Of a stretch of DNA of 57,479 nt, positions 39,662 to 53,800 are shown piece after piece. The DNA is from Paramecium tetraurelia (lineage: Eukaryota): contig CT868673.1 of NCBI GenBank assembly GCA_000165425.1, forward strand, positions 280,886-338,364, given 5' to 3'. A program made the translations under genes and the position numbers. Under the pieces are notes generated by a model. The model was not told the DNA's origin. It ran no database searches and saw nothing but the letters and a program-made list of their open reading frames with translations. Each line of letters opens with the position of its first letter. Position 1 is the first letter of the stretch.

Positions 39662-42600
39662 TCAATGAAAATGTAAAAATCATCTGATGAACTATTAAAA
39701 ATACTTCTACTTCTCCTATCCCTATAATTCAGCTATGAATTCATCGAACTGTTCTACTTTCTATAATAAAGTCTCTTCATCAATTTCACTTTCTTATGAT
39801 TTCTTATGCATCTCTTAAATCTCTTAAGCTAAAGTGCAATTCTTTATGAATTTCTCTAATTTCTCTTAATATTTGTTCCTATAAAAGGCATCTTTGTTTT
39901 TATTATTAGCTTTCAAAGAAATAGCAATAAACTTCAAAACTGTTTCTTTGCAAGATAAAGTGGGATATTTGGGTTTTTAATATCCTAATTGAGCCAAAAC
40001 TCTTATGATAATATTCTTAAGATGTAATTCTAAATATGATGTGCAATCACCTCTCTTCGCTACTTTCTTTGCAATATTCTAAAATATTTATAAATATTTA
40101 TTATACCTTGACAGATTATAATTCTCCCAATTACATTTTATCAGGTAATCTGGCATGCTTGTATCTCTAAGGATTCATTTCAAATAATTGCATATTATGT
40201 GCGTTAGTGAATATCAATTGTTAATTCTTATGGACAATCACTAAGTTACTTTGACCCTTAACTAAATTGTTGTTAATCAATTCAACTGGACAATGACCTA
40301 AATGCATTAATAATTACATAATACCCTTATATTCTGGATATGGATCGAATTTATCTCCAACAGTTAGTTATCTTGGTATCTTATATTTTTCAATTGAATT
40401 ATTGCAATAATGAGTGGGATTCTTGATAAAATCTTATTCAGTATCTTCACTTGATAAGAAGAATAATTAATCATCATAAAACAATAGATATGGACTTCTT
40501 AACTAACTGGCCACGTAATTCTTTTTTGCTTTAATTAAAACAGGACAATAATTATACAATGGACTTAATTTTTGAATGATTTATTCTTCAGTCAAAGTCA
40601 AAGAACTTACTCTAACTGGTTCCTATGTAATTAATGCTCTTGCTACTAAAGCTCGAGAATATAAATTGTCTTATATATATTTAGTGCATAATGAGATCAT
40701 ACCCCAGCTTGATACTTATCCAACCTATAGATATCTCACATTATTGAAATGTGTTGAATAATATGCTGATAATAATGAAGTTTGATTTGCCGATAATCTT
40801 TAATGGACCACATGATCAATACCACCAAATTTAGGATTTAATTTACGAATTACATATTCATCATCTTTATCACAAACAAATACTACTGTTGGAATGATAC
40901 CTGCCTTTGATAATGCCAAAGCTTCATCAATGGTTCTTGGATACCCATCTAAAATGTATCCTTAATTGTATATGTCAAGCAATTGAATTCTCTTTTGAAT
41001 AATTTAAATTATAGATTATGTATCTACCTCCTTGCCTTCTTTCAATTGATTTTTGATTTTTACTGCCAATAAATCCGTTTAATTAGTTACAAATTCAGCC
41101 AGCAAATGGGACACTTTGACTCTAGCTAATTTTAGTTTATCACTTAACAATCTAACAATCTCAGTTTTTCCTGACTTTACTTTTCCTAAAATGAATATAG
41201 TGGGCTTGATTTAAATATCATTAGGAACTGTTGGCTTATAAAAGTATTTGTATGGTCTTTAGCATACCTATTCCCTTTAATCCTCACTGTCAAGATAGTA
41301 AATTCTATTTCTATATAAAACTGGATAGTCTCTGCAATGAGGAACATTTTACAAGGTAATGGCATTCCTATTTCCAAATTTAGATTATTTATGAGTGTAT
41401 AATTTTTCATAGATATCTAATTTATTTATATTAAAGTTGGTTGGATCTGGATACAAATTTAATTTTTAACATTATTCTTTTTCTAACATATTTTCTCTGT
41501 ATTCTCTATCCATAATATTTTCTAATTATGATGTGATTCTTTCTGTGACATTTTCTATAGTAGTATCAGTACTGAGGATTACTGCATTGATTTTTAATTC
41601 TTCAAATTATCTTTACAATTCTTCAATTTTAGCTGAATCTGCTTCATGCTATTACTTTAATTTATCTTCCTATTCTTTTATCATATCATCTAATTTAGGT
41701 GCTTCTGGATCTTCTTCTTCACCTTGAGGTGCTTCCAAAGATGGCAACTCTTCAGCCCCTTCTTCAATAGCCTTGTTTCTTGCCTCCACTCTTTCCTAAT
41801 ACCTTTTCTATCTCAACTCTTCCATCTTCATCTAATATTCATCCTCAATAACTTTAGAATTAAAGTTTCGTTTAATAAAGTTATCTTATTCTATTTTTAA
41901 TAAAATAACATATTCAGGTAATTTTTTGGCTTCAACTAATAAATCAACAATTGGAGTTGAAACACTCTCCTCTGAAACATCAAAGAAATTAGCATTAATA
42001 ATTACCCCTGCACAGTCTAAGATTTTATTTAATACTTCTATTTCATGAGCCTTGCGATCAAAATCAGCAGGATCTTCAGTGATTTCAGCATCTGGAATTT
42101 CTTTTCCATCAGCATCCAATTCCTTTGGTTTAAATCCTTTTAAGTAATATCTATTCAATTATCTATTCTTTTTATTTATTTCTAAATTTTAAATTAAATT
42201 AGTTTTCAAATCTAAAACTGGTAATTTATATAATCTATTCAATATTTTCAATTGAGTACGCAAACCACTTCCTCTTACACCAATGAACATAATTCTTGGT
42301 TATGGGATTGTTATTTTTGATGGAATATACAATTAGACATTATCTTTAAATATTTATTATTCCTTTTCTCCATAAAATCTATAAACTCTTCCTCTTACTA
42401 AAGCAATAAACTCTTCTTTTCCTGGTACTAACCAATTGGTTTTCTATAATGTAACAGGACAATAATTAGCATAATCACCATAAGGAATAGGTTCTTCACC
42501 TTCTTGCACATCTGCGGGTGCTCTCACTAAACTTTCATCATCAGCTCGAATATAAAATGGATCCAAAGCCAAACGCACTCTAGACCAAACTTCCTCTCTA

Positions 42601-45600
42601 GTTCCATCAATAGGGATTTCTTTAACATTCTCCTCTTAATAAGCCTCTTTTAATAATGCAGATAAGGCATTTACTTAAGTTAATTCCTATTCAATTAGAA
42701 GGTCAGGATTTCTTTATAATAATAATTGTCCTGCTTCTTCTGATCTATCTTAAAGAATTAGAACCTTATCTATTTTAATCCCCCATAGATTCAATTAATC
42801 AATTTATTCTTATGTTTATGGATATCCAATGATCACAATCCCTTTTGGTTTTGATGTTTCAGGGACTTTCAATTCGCTATCCAATAATGGTATGATCTCT
42901 TTAGTTGGTACATCTTCAGGAGGTGGAGTGACTGGTTTAACATTCTCTTCCACAACTTCAACGACTTCTTCCTTCTTTTTCTTTGCTTATTACTTTTTAG
43001 CTTCTTTCTTTTTCTTTTCTTCATCTTCTTCAGGTGGTTATTCTTCCTCCTCTTTCTTTGGTTCTCCCCACCCTAGAGGTTTTCTTTGTAATGGTATATT
43101 TAAGTAATTTAACACCATAGGTAATACATCCTTAATAGCATTTCCTTTGTAGAATTCTTTCCATTCAGCTTCTGTTAAATGAATATCATTAACTCTTGGA
43201 TCAAATGTTGATGCTAAATGTTTAGTTCTTTCTTGTTAAGCCAAAATCTTCTTTCTCACTATATCCTCGACATCAACCAATGTCCATCCATAATACTCAG
43301 CTAATTGACTAGCCACAGTATTCTTGCCAGAACACTTAGGACCTTAAACTGATACAATATAGGTTTTTGGCAATTATGGAGGTTTACTTAAATATTTTCT
43401 AGGATAATTGATGAATTTATTTTAATTTTCTTCATTATCAAACAAAAACACTCTGCCTGCATATTCGCAAGCAAATTCTGCCTTACCTGGTATAATCTTA
43501 TCTTTTAACACCAATTCGACTGCATCAACCTATTACCATTAGGACCACATTCTGTAAACCTTTTCATCAGTTAAATTCAATCCTAACAAGTCCTTCTCTG
43601 AGCCACCTTCTAATTTAATAGCTAGGGGCCTTAAAGGTTACCCTTTCAAAATTTAAGCAGATACGCGATCAACTAATTATTATGTTGTCAAACCAGCAGA
43701 TTGAAGTGTAATAATATGTTGATCTGGTAAATGATCATATAATGACTATAATTTCTCTTATGATTTTTAAAAACTTTGTAGTGATTCTAATAAAAATTCT
43801 TAATCTAAAGGTCTATAAAATAGATCCTTTTCTGGTATAATAGGTGGTTTCTCCTCATCGTCTGGATTGTCTCCCTAATCTTCTTCGTCTGGATCATTTG
43901 GATCTTTATATTTTATCTTAGGTCTCTTTTATTCTTCTCTATCATATTATGAAGATGCCACTAAATCATCTTGTTTTTCCATTATTCTAGCTGCAAAATA
44001 CAAAACATCTTCATCTGATTATTCTAAATTAACAACATGCGTGAAATATCTACAACCTATTTTTGGTAATATCATTTTGTTAGATAGTATTGAATTAACC
44101 CAAAATTGATTCTCCAAAGGTAGATCTAAGATATACCCTTTATTTTTAGGTAAATCCTATTATAATTCAACATTAAATAACTATTCTAATTGTTCTTGAG
44201 TCAATTCTCTTCCAAATTTTAATGAATCAATTACTTCTCTCTCCAAAGGGTTCAAAAATTCTTTTGGATTTCCCTCCTCATCCATTTAAGGATTATTTTC
44301 ATTTTCTGCTACTTTGGCATAAATTCTTTGAATTCCCTTTTCTAAATCTAGGTATTCTAAATCAAGTTATTTAGCCAATGCCTTAGCAAATGTGCTCCTA
44401 CCACTTCTAGGTTTCCCAATCAAGAATATTTAAGGAGGTGCTTGGTTTGCGTATTCAATAACATCATCTTCATAAGGATTCTTACTATCAATCGGTAATT
44501 ATCCTTTTGGTGATATGAATTTACTCAGATATGATTGAAATGATGGTAATTATACATTTGATTATTGTTCTTAAATAATTTCTAAAGCTGGCTACAATTA
44601 TTATGAATCCTTTGTTTGATTTAAATCACCTAAAAAGGTTCTGAGAATTTAGGGAATATTCTTTGCTTATCTTTTATCAGGATTTGATGACTTTGAAATA
44701 TCAAAGGTTTATAATTAAGAAGTTAACAATTATCTTTTAGCTGAGACAATCTTTCTCTCCCATTTCTTATTTACTTTGTTTATTTAATCAATTCTGTAAT
44801 CTTCCTCTGTAAAGAATTCACTTTTGATATTGATCAATAATGGTTTTTCCTCCTAACTTTTTAATGGGAATTAAGACCACTATATATCTCTCGTTATCAA
44901 TTTACTTAATTTATAAAATTGAGAATGAAATCCATAAGAATCGTCATTCTACTCTATTATATATTGCAATCCTATCTCTGGAACTAGTTGACTATTAGGT
45001 AATGCCAATAAAAATGTTTCAGTAACATTCCCAATCAGCTTTATTTCCTTAGCAAATGCATATTAAGCAGATGTATAATGTTGATATTCGGATTGTTGGC
45101 ACTTATTATTCATCAAAGTAAATATCATGCATTCACAACTCAATCCAATAGGAATAATTTCATTTAGAGGTGCCAATCTATATTTGATTATTCTACTTGG
45201 AATCACATTAGCACTCTATAATTATTCTTCATTATAGATGTACTATTCGGTATAATAGATTGGGAAGAAGGACTTTTTGGAGTCACTTTTCAAACTCTAT
45301 TCAACTCGATCGGAATTATGTATTTTTACAAGAATATGATAATCTACATCTTACTTTGTATTGTCTAATAATCATAAGAAGCCAATACCTTTTACATCTA
45401 TCAACTACCGACGATATATACGAGCATGAATTGTTTTCAAAAGGTAAATGGCAGAACTCAAATCAGGTTGAATAATCAGTTAAAACAACAATTAAGTTAT
45501 TGCATCTACAAACACTTGATAACACAAGTATTCAGGAAGATTTGGATCCAAATCTGTCATCGATTCTAAATACTATTATGATAACTGTTTCAGACTTTCA

Positions 45601-45863
45601 TCTGGTAAACATATTACACACTTCATTATTGCTGTAATCACCTATGATAACAATAGAAATTTACCTCTAACAACTCGGTTGCCAATACTTTTCCTTATGG
45701 ATTCTTTCCAATCTAATCCCAATATTTTAGCAAATTCTTTTGATATTCTAAATTTTGAGATAAGCTCACAATAAATTTCACACTCAAATTATCTCCTCTC
45801 TATAGTCGATCTGCATTTTATAACAATCAAACATTTACTTTTGTAGAAGAGTGGATTTTACAT
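39662..45863 (-). CDS. AK9: Adenylate kinase 9-like multi-AK/YHS-domain axonemal protein
   Basis: Several AK-type P-loops (IFLIGKPRSGRSTFAKAL, VQGPKCSGKNTVASQL, MFIGVRGSGLRT, GKVKSGKTE), QGYILDGYPRTIDEA, YHS-like segments (FEYAGRVFLFDNEENQNKFINYPRKYL; GQYCPVTL), C-terminal RVLAQLGYQKPKYPTLSCKETVLKFIAISLKANN. Confidence 0.85.
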
Positions 45864-46878
45864 ATTATTTTTTATTAATTTAATATTTATTAGGGCGGAG
45901 GCTAACTCAAGGCTTAAAAATTTCATCATATCAAAGAGCCAACAAAAATTACCCCAAAACTAAACTCTAGAATCACATTATTAATTCTTAATTAACAAAC
46001 CAATTACGAGAGCCCTTTAGAATACCTAAATTATGATGTAAACCTGCGATCTAAACTCTTTTACAATTTGTCTCAAATTATCTATGTATAACTCATTATA
46101 CGTTAAATTTAACATGAGATATATCAAAAAGCCTGAAATATTATAAAATGATGTTAAATTTTATCACTTCAAATATGGTTTGAATAACCTGAAATGTTGA
46201 CCTTGTATTTGGAATAAAACTTAAGATAACTAACAAAGTGAGTATTCTGTAATATCTTGTGAGAATATTGGCTAACTACCATATATAACTCTTACTTAGT
46301 AATACTATATCTTAGAGATACTGGCACAATTGTTAAGAATGTTCACTTTGATCAAAAAAATATCAATTTTGTCTAAGATATCAATTAAATAATCAAAATT
46401 ACTCTTAAAGTCAAGATAGTAATTAAAGTGATTGGGCCAATACTAAAAAACACTCTCATGTAATAAATTGGAGATCTGGAACTGAGATTTAATCCTTATC
46501 AAATAGTTCTAAATTTAATATGAAATTAGATTAGATATAGAATAGAAAATTTATATTATTTTAATAAGATGTTTGCAATACATGAAATACCATAACAAAA
46601 ATGAATTACAATTTGATATTTAATCCTAAAAAAAATTTTTTAATTTATTTCGCAATTTTCTTGAATCATTTGATATAGCGCCTTTCATTATCATCAATTA
46701 TTTCAAAAATATAAAATAATTGAATTGCTATCCTTATGTTTAATAATATACAATACTAAGAGGAACTTTTATTGGGATATTGTCAATCTAACTTTTCCTT
46801 AATGAAAAAACTTCTGCTTTTAAACTAAGATTGAACATTCAATTTTTATTTCTTCTAGTATTATTAATTAATTACCTA

Positions 46879-49388
46879 ATGAATGGAAAAAAGTAAAAGA
46901 AGTTGATCACTGAAGAGTTAACATGGGAACAACTTGTAATCTGTGGTATTGTTTTCTTTGATAAAAGGGAATCAATCATATGAATCAGGCAGAACTGATG
47001 AAGCTTTACTAGAATATGATAAGGCTCTTATCCTAAATCCAAATAATTCATTAATATATCATAACAGAGGTTCAGAAATTTAGTACCTTTACTAGGGATT
47101 TTGTATTATAACATGGAGAAAAATGAAGAGGCATTGCTCGATTATAATAAGGCCATTGAATTAAATTCATAAGATTCAAAAATATATAATAATAGAGGTA
47201 AAAACATTTCAATATATTTAGGGAACTTATATTCAGATTTGGGGAGATCGGACGATGCATTAAACGATTTCAATTAGGCCATCAAATTAGACCCAAACTT
47301 TTCAGATGCATATAATAGCAGAGGTAATTAAAATAACAATAAATATAGCGATGCTCTATGTTGACTTAGGAAAAAATGATTAGGCTCTTATTGATTTTGG
47401 CCAAGCTATAAAATTAAAAGCTTAATCAAATATATTGAAAAATAGAGGTTTTATATCATGAATTATTTAAGGAATCCTTTTATTTAATTTAAATCAATTT
47501 GATGAAGCTCTGAAAGACTTTAATGAAGCCATAAATCTTACTCAAAATGATTCCACTTTATACCTTAATGCTGGTCTCAATTTATTTAATCTTCTTAGCT
47601 ATAATTTTATAAGCATAAAATAAAAATCAAGAAGCTTTGGAGCATTATAATTTATCAATTAAATTAAACACTAATGATTAACGGGCTTATAAAAGCAGAG
47701 GTAAGTTAATATTGAATATTCAAAGCAATGCTTTACTCGAATTTAGGAGAAGTCTAATTAGCTGTATCTGATCTTTCTAAAGCAATATTGCTAAAATCAG
47801 ATGACTTTAATGCTTACTATCATAGAGGCAAGCTTATTATAGTATATTATAGCAAACTAGTATTGGAAACAAAAATAATTAAATTTAGCTTTATAGGATT
47901 TTAACTAATCTATTAGGCTCAATCCTAAATATTAAAATGCATATGATTGTAGGGGTAATAATGATCGCTCATGAATAGGCTGCTTATTTCTAGAATTGGG
48001 TGAGAACAACAAAGCTGAATCAGATTTCAGCAAGTCTATTGAATTGAATACAAGAAGTTCCAATTCATACAATAATCTTGGTTAGCAAATATCTAATTTT
48101 AGGAAATTTTTTCGTAAGCATAGGCAATTATTAAGAAGCATTAAAAAATTATTAATAAGCTATATAGCTCGATGCCTATAATTCCATTTATTTGATCAAT
48201 CTCGGTTAACTGCACCTTAAGTTGAATGATTTTTAATAAGCTTTTATCTTTTTTTTACAAGCAAATTCGCATTTAGATGTTAATAAGCAGGTATAACTTT
48301 CAAGCATTCGAGAAATAATTGAAAAAATGCTTCAAATTTTACTTGAAATTTTTACTGAAATTGAAAAGGAGAATAAATTAATAATAACCTAGCCCTTAGA
48401 ATTTCAAGTCAAATTAGATTCTATTAATGAAATCAAGTAAATAGAAATTAGTGTTGAAAATTAGTTAAAAATAATTCTCTAACCAATATCTCTTTAGTCA
48501 AAATAACATTAATTTAGTCAGCAAGTTGAATAACTGCAAGAAATATTAGTAGATACTCGAATAAAATTCTCATTGATTCATTAATCGCTTAAAAAAGAAT
48601 AATTAGTAGATGCAAATTAAGAATAATAATTAGATACAAATTAAGATTAACAATTAAATCAATAATAATTGCCAAATATTAATATTGCTACAATTCAGTC
48701 AGGAATCACTAATTTAAAAGAATAAAACAATAATCAATATTTTTATTTCAAATCCTTATGTTACAATCTCATCTCTTTTATGTAATTTTGTTTCGAAATT
48801 TAAAAAACCAATAAAATCCTTCCACAAAGCTCTATCGAAAAGCAAAACTTAATTCCAAATCCATTCTGCACATTTAAAGAAGAAGAGTGTATATCCAATA
48901 TTGATTAAAAGGAATCTCTCATTGAAACAATTTGTGAAGCGCTTGGTTACTAAGACAATTTTAAATAAACAATTATTAACAGAAACTTTGCTTAGTTGTA
49001 CTATATTGAGAATAATTATTCTGAAAATTTAGAGATAGAATTTCATCTTCTTGCGATTGATTTAGCAACAAAATAAGAGGGAGTTCCTGAAATAAACTCA
49101 TATTTTGATTTAGTAGAGAAAATATCAAAAATTTAAATGAAGAATCTGCAAATTACTTCAAACATATTTTGGAAAAAAGGAATATTAGATTCCATAAAAA
49201 TCATATAATTTATCGATAATAATATCAATAGGATTATTTCAGATGGGTTGTAGTACTTAAGAATGTGGAAGGAAGATTGTGCAAATGAGGAGGTTGTTGT
49301 GATTCATTAATCTCTAGCCGAGCAGCTGATGGCTGAGACACCAGTAAATGGGTAGCCAACTTACTGTTCTTTTTGTTCAATTTCATGA
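46879..49388 (+). CDS. TPR-repeat protein (about 10 TPRs, one per exon) with helical C-terminal region and CaaX box
   Basis: Repeats such as NRGILYYNMEKNEEALLDYNKAIELNSQDSKIYN; ten phase-1 introns at 46946-46967, 47070-47095, 47198-47221, 47324-47348, 47448-47471, 47574-47598, 47701-47725, 47828-47852, 47955-47978, 48081-48102; ends YCSFCSIS-TGA (49386-49388). Confidence 0.92.
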
Positions 49389-50871
49389 TTAATAAATTGA
49401 TAATTTATTAATGATAAAAATAAAAAATGGATATTTTCATTAATTAACTTTATATTCAAATATTAGAAAAATAATTTTATTGCTTTTTTATATTTAATAA
49501 ATTGTAACTTAAGAGAGTTTATATGATTAAAATTTAAATAAATATATAATAGAATTTGCTTATCTTCATTCAAACAGCATAATTTATATTTTGTAATATG
49601 AAATTTATATAACCTGTCTGTAGAAATTCAATGAATACTCTAGTTAGGATTTGGAAACCTTTCATAATACAACAAGAAAATTAAACTTGAAGGAAAGCGT
49701 ATGACCTGGTTACATGAATGATCAAAAAATATCGTCAATAAAAATAGATTTTATATGTGAATTAACCTAGCTTAGTTCTTTGGCCATAATTATTGGTGAT
49801 AAAAACTGAGTAACAAATTTTGTAAATTAAACATATAAGGTTATTTCGTGTTTCACAAGTAAATGTTGGCACTAGAGGTTAGTAAGATAAATAAAGAGAA
49901 AATATAAAATAATAGCCTGAAATGCCTACAAATTTTATACATGACTTTACAGGCTAATACTTCTAAATTTATATCCTTCGACATTGGGTTTGTCGGAATA
50001 TTTATTATTTATAGTTGTTAGAATAAGGATTTAAGTTTTTGAATATTCTGGTCTTGAATTTAATCAAGTTTATTTTGTTGTGTCTAACGATTAGGGACAT
50101 TTTTTTGTGCTGGAATATATTCTCTAACTCATTCAACTCTTTTTCTAAACTCTTGGATTCTAGGGGTAACTATTTTATTTGCTGAAGTAACTGTCTATAT
50201 TAAATCGAAATGTAAATAAATTCATTAAATCTACTTTAAGACTAATAATACTAACAACTCTGATTGAATCTTTAAATGAGTTTCGTTTTATATGTAGAAT
50301 ATCAGAATAGTTTTTAATTCTATTTAATTAAGGAATTAACATACGCAACCTTGATATTTTTTTGTGTCTTTGTTTGAGAATATTTCTTTCAATTATTAAT
50401 TTTTGAATATCGAGCAAATATTAACACAGAATCATTTCATTGAGTAAAAATACAACATTATTTTGGAAAGTTCATTTATAATTCAAATAATTTAACAATA
50501 ATTTCCGATTTCCTCTAACTTCAAAGTCAGTATTAAAAGTTTTTATTCAATTATTACTTATTGATTAATATTTATGAATATCTGCTGAATTTTAACAAGT
50601 GACATTACTATCTCCATCTGATATTGAAATAAATTTATCAAATTTAAAAAATATTAATAATAATGCATTCTAACAATTTTACATTTTTGACTACCCAAAA
50701 ATTTTTATTTTAGCAATTTTGCTTGTTTTACAATAATATGTACAATTACTTGATTCAAAAATTTTCAATATCAAATAATTTTTCACTAAATACTAAAATT
50801 TCATTCCTTTAATTCTTTTTTAATTATATCACTTATTTAAAACTTAATATTTTTTTACTTGATAAATATTA

Positions 50872-53800
50872 ATGATTATTTTTATTGCATTAGTGCAAAT
50901 TACTTTTTAAAATGTGATCTATAATTTTGATGCGAATTTGGAAGAAAAGGATGGTATTTTTGCAAAGCTATCAATTAGAATGGTCAAGCAACTTGCAATT
51001 TGTGTCATGTAGTTCGTATTAGTTTTTGGGGTCCTGTTGTGAGATGTCTGTAATTAGTAGATTGTTTTTAAATCTAGAGACTCATTATGTAATTAAAATG
51101 GAGGGTTATTTTCTAAGGTAGTGATATTTATTAATTTCAAAAGATAAGAAGTAGATGATGAATTTTTATTCTTTCTTGATGGTTATTAGTTAGAAGTTAT
51201 ATTGATAAGCGATTTAGAGGTAAATAGCGATTGTGGGAGGATGATGCTATCAAATATTTCAATTATTCATTAGCATAACAGAAGGACAAGCTTAATTTAA
51301 ATAATCCAACCTGCAGGAGGAATTATGAAACTATAAATAAGTATACTGAATTGTTAGGAAGAATGCATTGGATGTATTTGGAATTATCCAATTAATTGTG
51401 AAAAATGGATTTTGCACTAATATTCATTTGATTAGAAATAGATGACTTATTCTGACGGATGGAATGCTGTTCTTAATTATCATGAGGTAGGATGCGATGG
51501 TTGTTAATATTTAAAGTTTAAAGATATTTCTTACTCAACCCAAATACCATCTCATTAAGATATATTAATCAGGTTTTATAAAAGGTCATTGAATTCTCTT
51601 ATATTGAACTATATGTATGGAGAAGTATGGATTGCTTTTGGTGAATATGTCGTTGAAATTTTTTTATAAAATTACCCAACTGAGATTTTGAACCTGAATA
51701 TAAAATCAGAAGATATTACTCAAGAAAGTTTGATTAGAGATTTTGAAATATATTGCACAGTGCCAGAAACCCACATTTTAGATCTAAATTAAGGCTGTTA
51801 AGACTAGATAGGAGATCGATGTCTCAATTGCGAAGATGGTTGGGTTTTAGATGAATTTAAATAAAGTTGCAGTCCTATCTGTGGGGATATGATCATCAAT
51901 GGGGATGAAGAATGCGATGATGGAAATTTGATATCTTATGATGGTTGTTTTTAATGCAAACATTAATGTATTGATTCTTGCAAAACTTGCATTTTAGGAA
52001 TTTGTAAACAATGTCTAGAGGGCTTTGTTCTTAATTCAAATAATGATTGCGATCCGTAATGTGGAGATGGCATTGTGATTCCTTACTCAAATGAATAATG
52101 TGATATTAAAGAGGATGAAGATTAGGGTGGTTGTTAAAATTGTAAATATCCATCAATACCTAATTGTAAACAAGAATTTTTTTCTATTTGTTTAGAGTGT
52201 GAAGATGGGTTTTTCTTTTTAATTGATTAATGCTACCCTAATTGTGATAAAATTAACTTTCTTGAATAAATTGAAAATTGTGATTGCATATAGGATGGTA
52301 TTATTTTTCATCCAAGAAAATGTAGGTTGGAATGTGAATAAGGATACGAGTTTATTGATTATAGTTGTCATTCTGTTTGTGGAGATGGATTGGTTTAAGA
52401 ATAAGAGGAATGTGATGATGGTAATGAATAAGTTGGCGATGGTTGCTTGAAATGTGAAATCGAAAAAAATTGGGTTTGTAACTCAATAATGAAAAATTCT
52501 CCTAGCTAATGTATACTTGTAAAGGCTCCTCATTTAATAATTAATTACCTCAATATGACTTAAAATAAATAGTACATAAGCATTAGATTTAACGAATAGG
52601 TTAAAGTCAATACTACTAAGCTTCTATCTAATACTATTTCATTTAAATTAATTAACATAGACAATTAAAATTGGAGAAGCAGCTTTTAAATTAAATAAGA
52701 TGTAGGATCTTACGTGACTTTTGGAGAGTATGTTCTAGAGATAGAAGTGCTTTAATTACTTGATTTTAGACCGACCTTGCAAATCGAATTAAATCAATCG
52801 GTTTCTAATATTATTAATGCTGAATTAGAGGATTATACAAAATTTCTAACTTTAGATTATCCAAAATATCTAAATGAATAGCAAATGAATTATTCATAAA
52901 AATTGAAAAATACTAATATTTACCTAATTTACGCATTGTCTGCAATTACTGCACTAAGTTTATTATTTGGTACTGGAGATCTTTTTGTTGAAGTCCTGGC
53001 AATTTTATAATATTTATAATACTTAAGATACATAAATCTAAAATATCCCTAAAACCTAGAAATATATTTTTCTATTAATGATTTATTATCAATCGAGCCA
53101 TTACTAAATTTTATTCATTTTGATTTTTTCTTTAAGTTTATTAATATCTAAACGGACTAAGAATATTCAGAAGGAAAAATTAAATAAAATTCTAATTTGA
53201 TAATTAACCTTTCATCTCAAATAATTTAATGCGCTATTTTTTTACTTCTATTTTTAATTTCAAAATGGATTAAAAAAGTGATTTACAATTGGATATTTTG
53301 CACTGGATACTTTGAATGCATGTCATCCTTATCTAAATATATGAGCCCAACCATAATGACTAAGTTTAGTTAACTATTTTATGATAATTGCTTAAATATA
53401 ATTGAGTTAGAGCATTATATTTCCTTTTCAGGATTATAAAAAGCATTATTACTTAATGGTTGGGATATGATATTTAAAATATTATTGTATACTAGAAACA
53501 TTTAAATTAATAATTATTTAGATATTAGCCAGATAATAATAGTAATCATAATACTAATCTTATATTTTGTAGTAATATTGAATAATTTCGGAGGTAGAGT
53601 ACCGAAATAATAACCCTAAAAACAGAGAATTTTTGAAATTCTTAATTTTGTTAGGTAATTCCTATTTTTATTATTTTTGATATATATATAAAGTTCGCAA
53701 CTGCTTTAACTAGGATTGCTTCTTTTAACAAATATTTTTGAGATTAACATAATATTTAATTATCGTTATATCTTCAATAAATAAAAATATATTGTATAAA

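Noticed and set aside
41533..43107. Ser/Phe-rich plus-strand ORFs
   Set aside because: Antisense of E/K-rich segments of the AK9-like gene.
46946..48102. ~126-bp periodicity as a CRISPR-like or satellite array
   Set aside because: Fully explained by TPR exon (102 nt) plus intron (22-26 nt) units; there are no identical nucleotide repeats.
48600..48670. Short imperfect tandem repeat (tagat.caaattaaga)
   Set aside because: An in-frame micro-duplication in a Q-rich linker (DANQEQQLDTNQDQQL); unremarkable.
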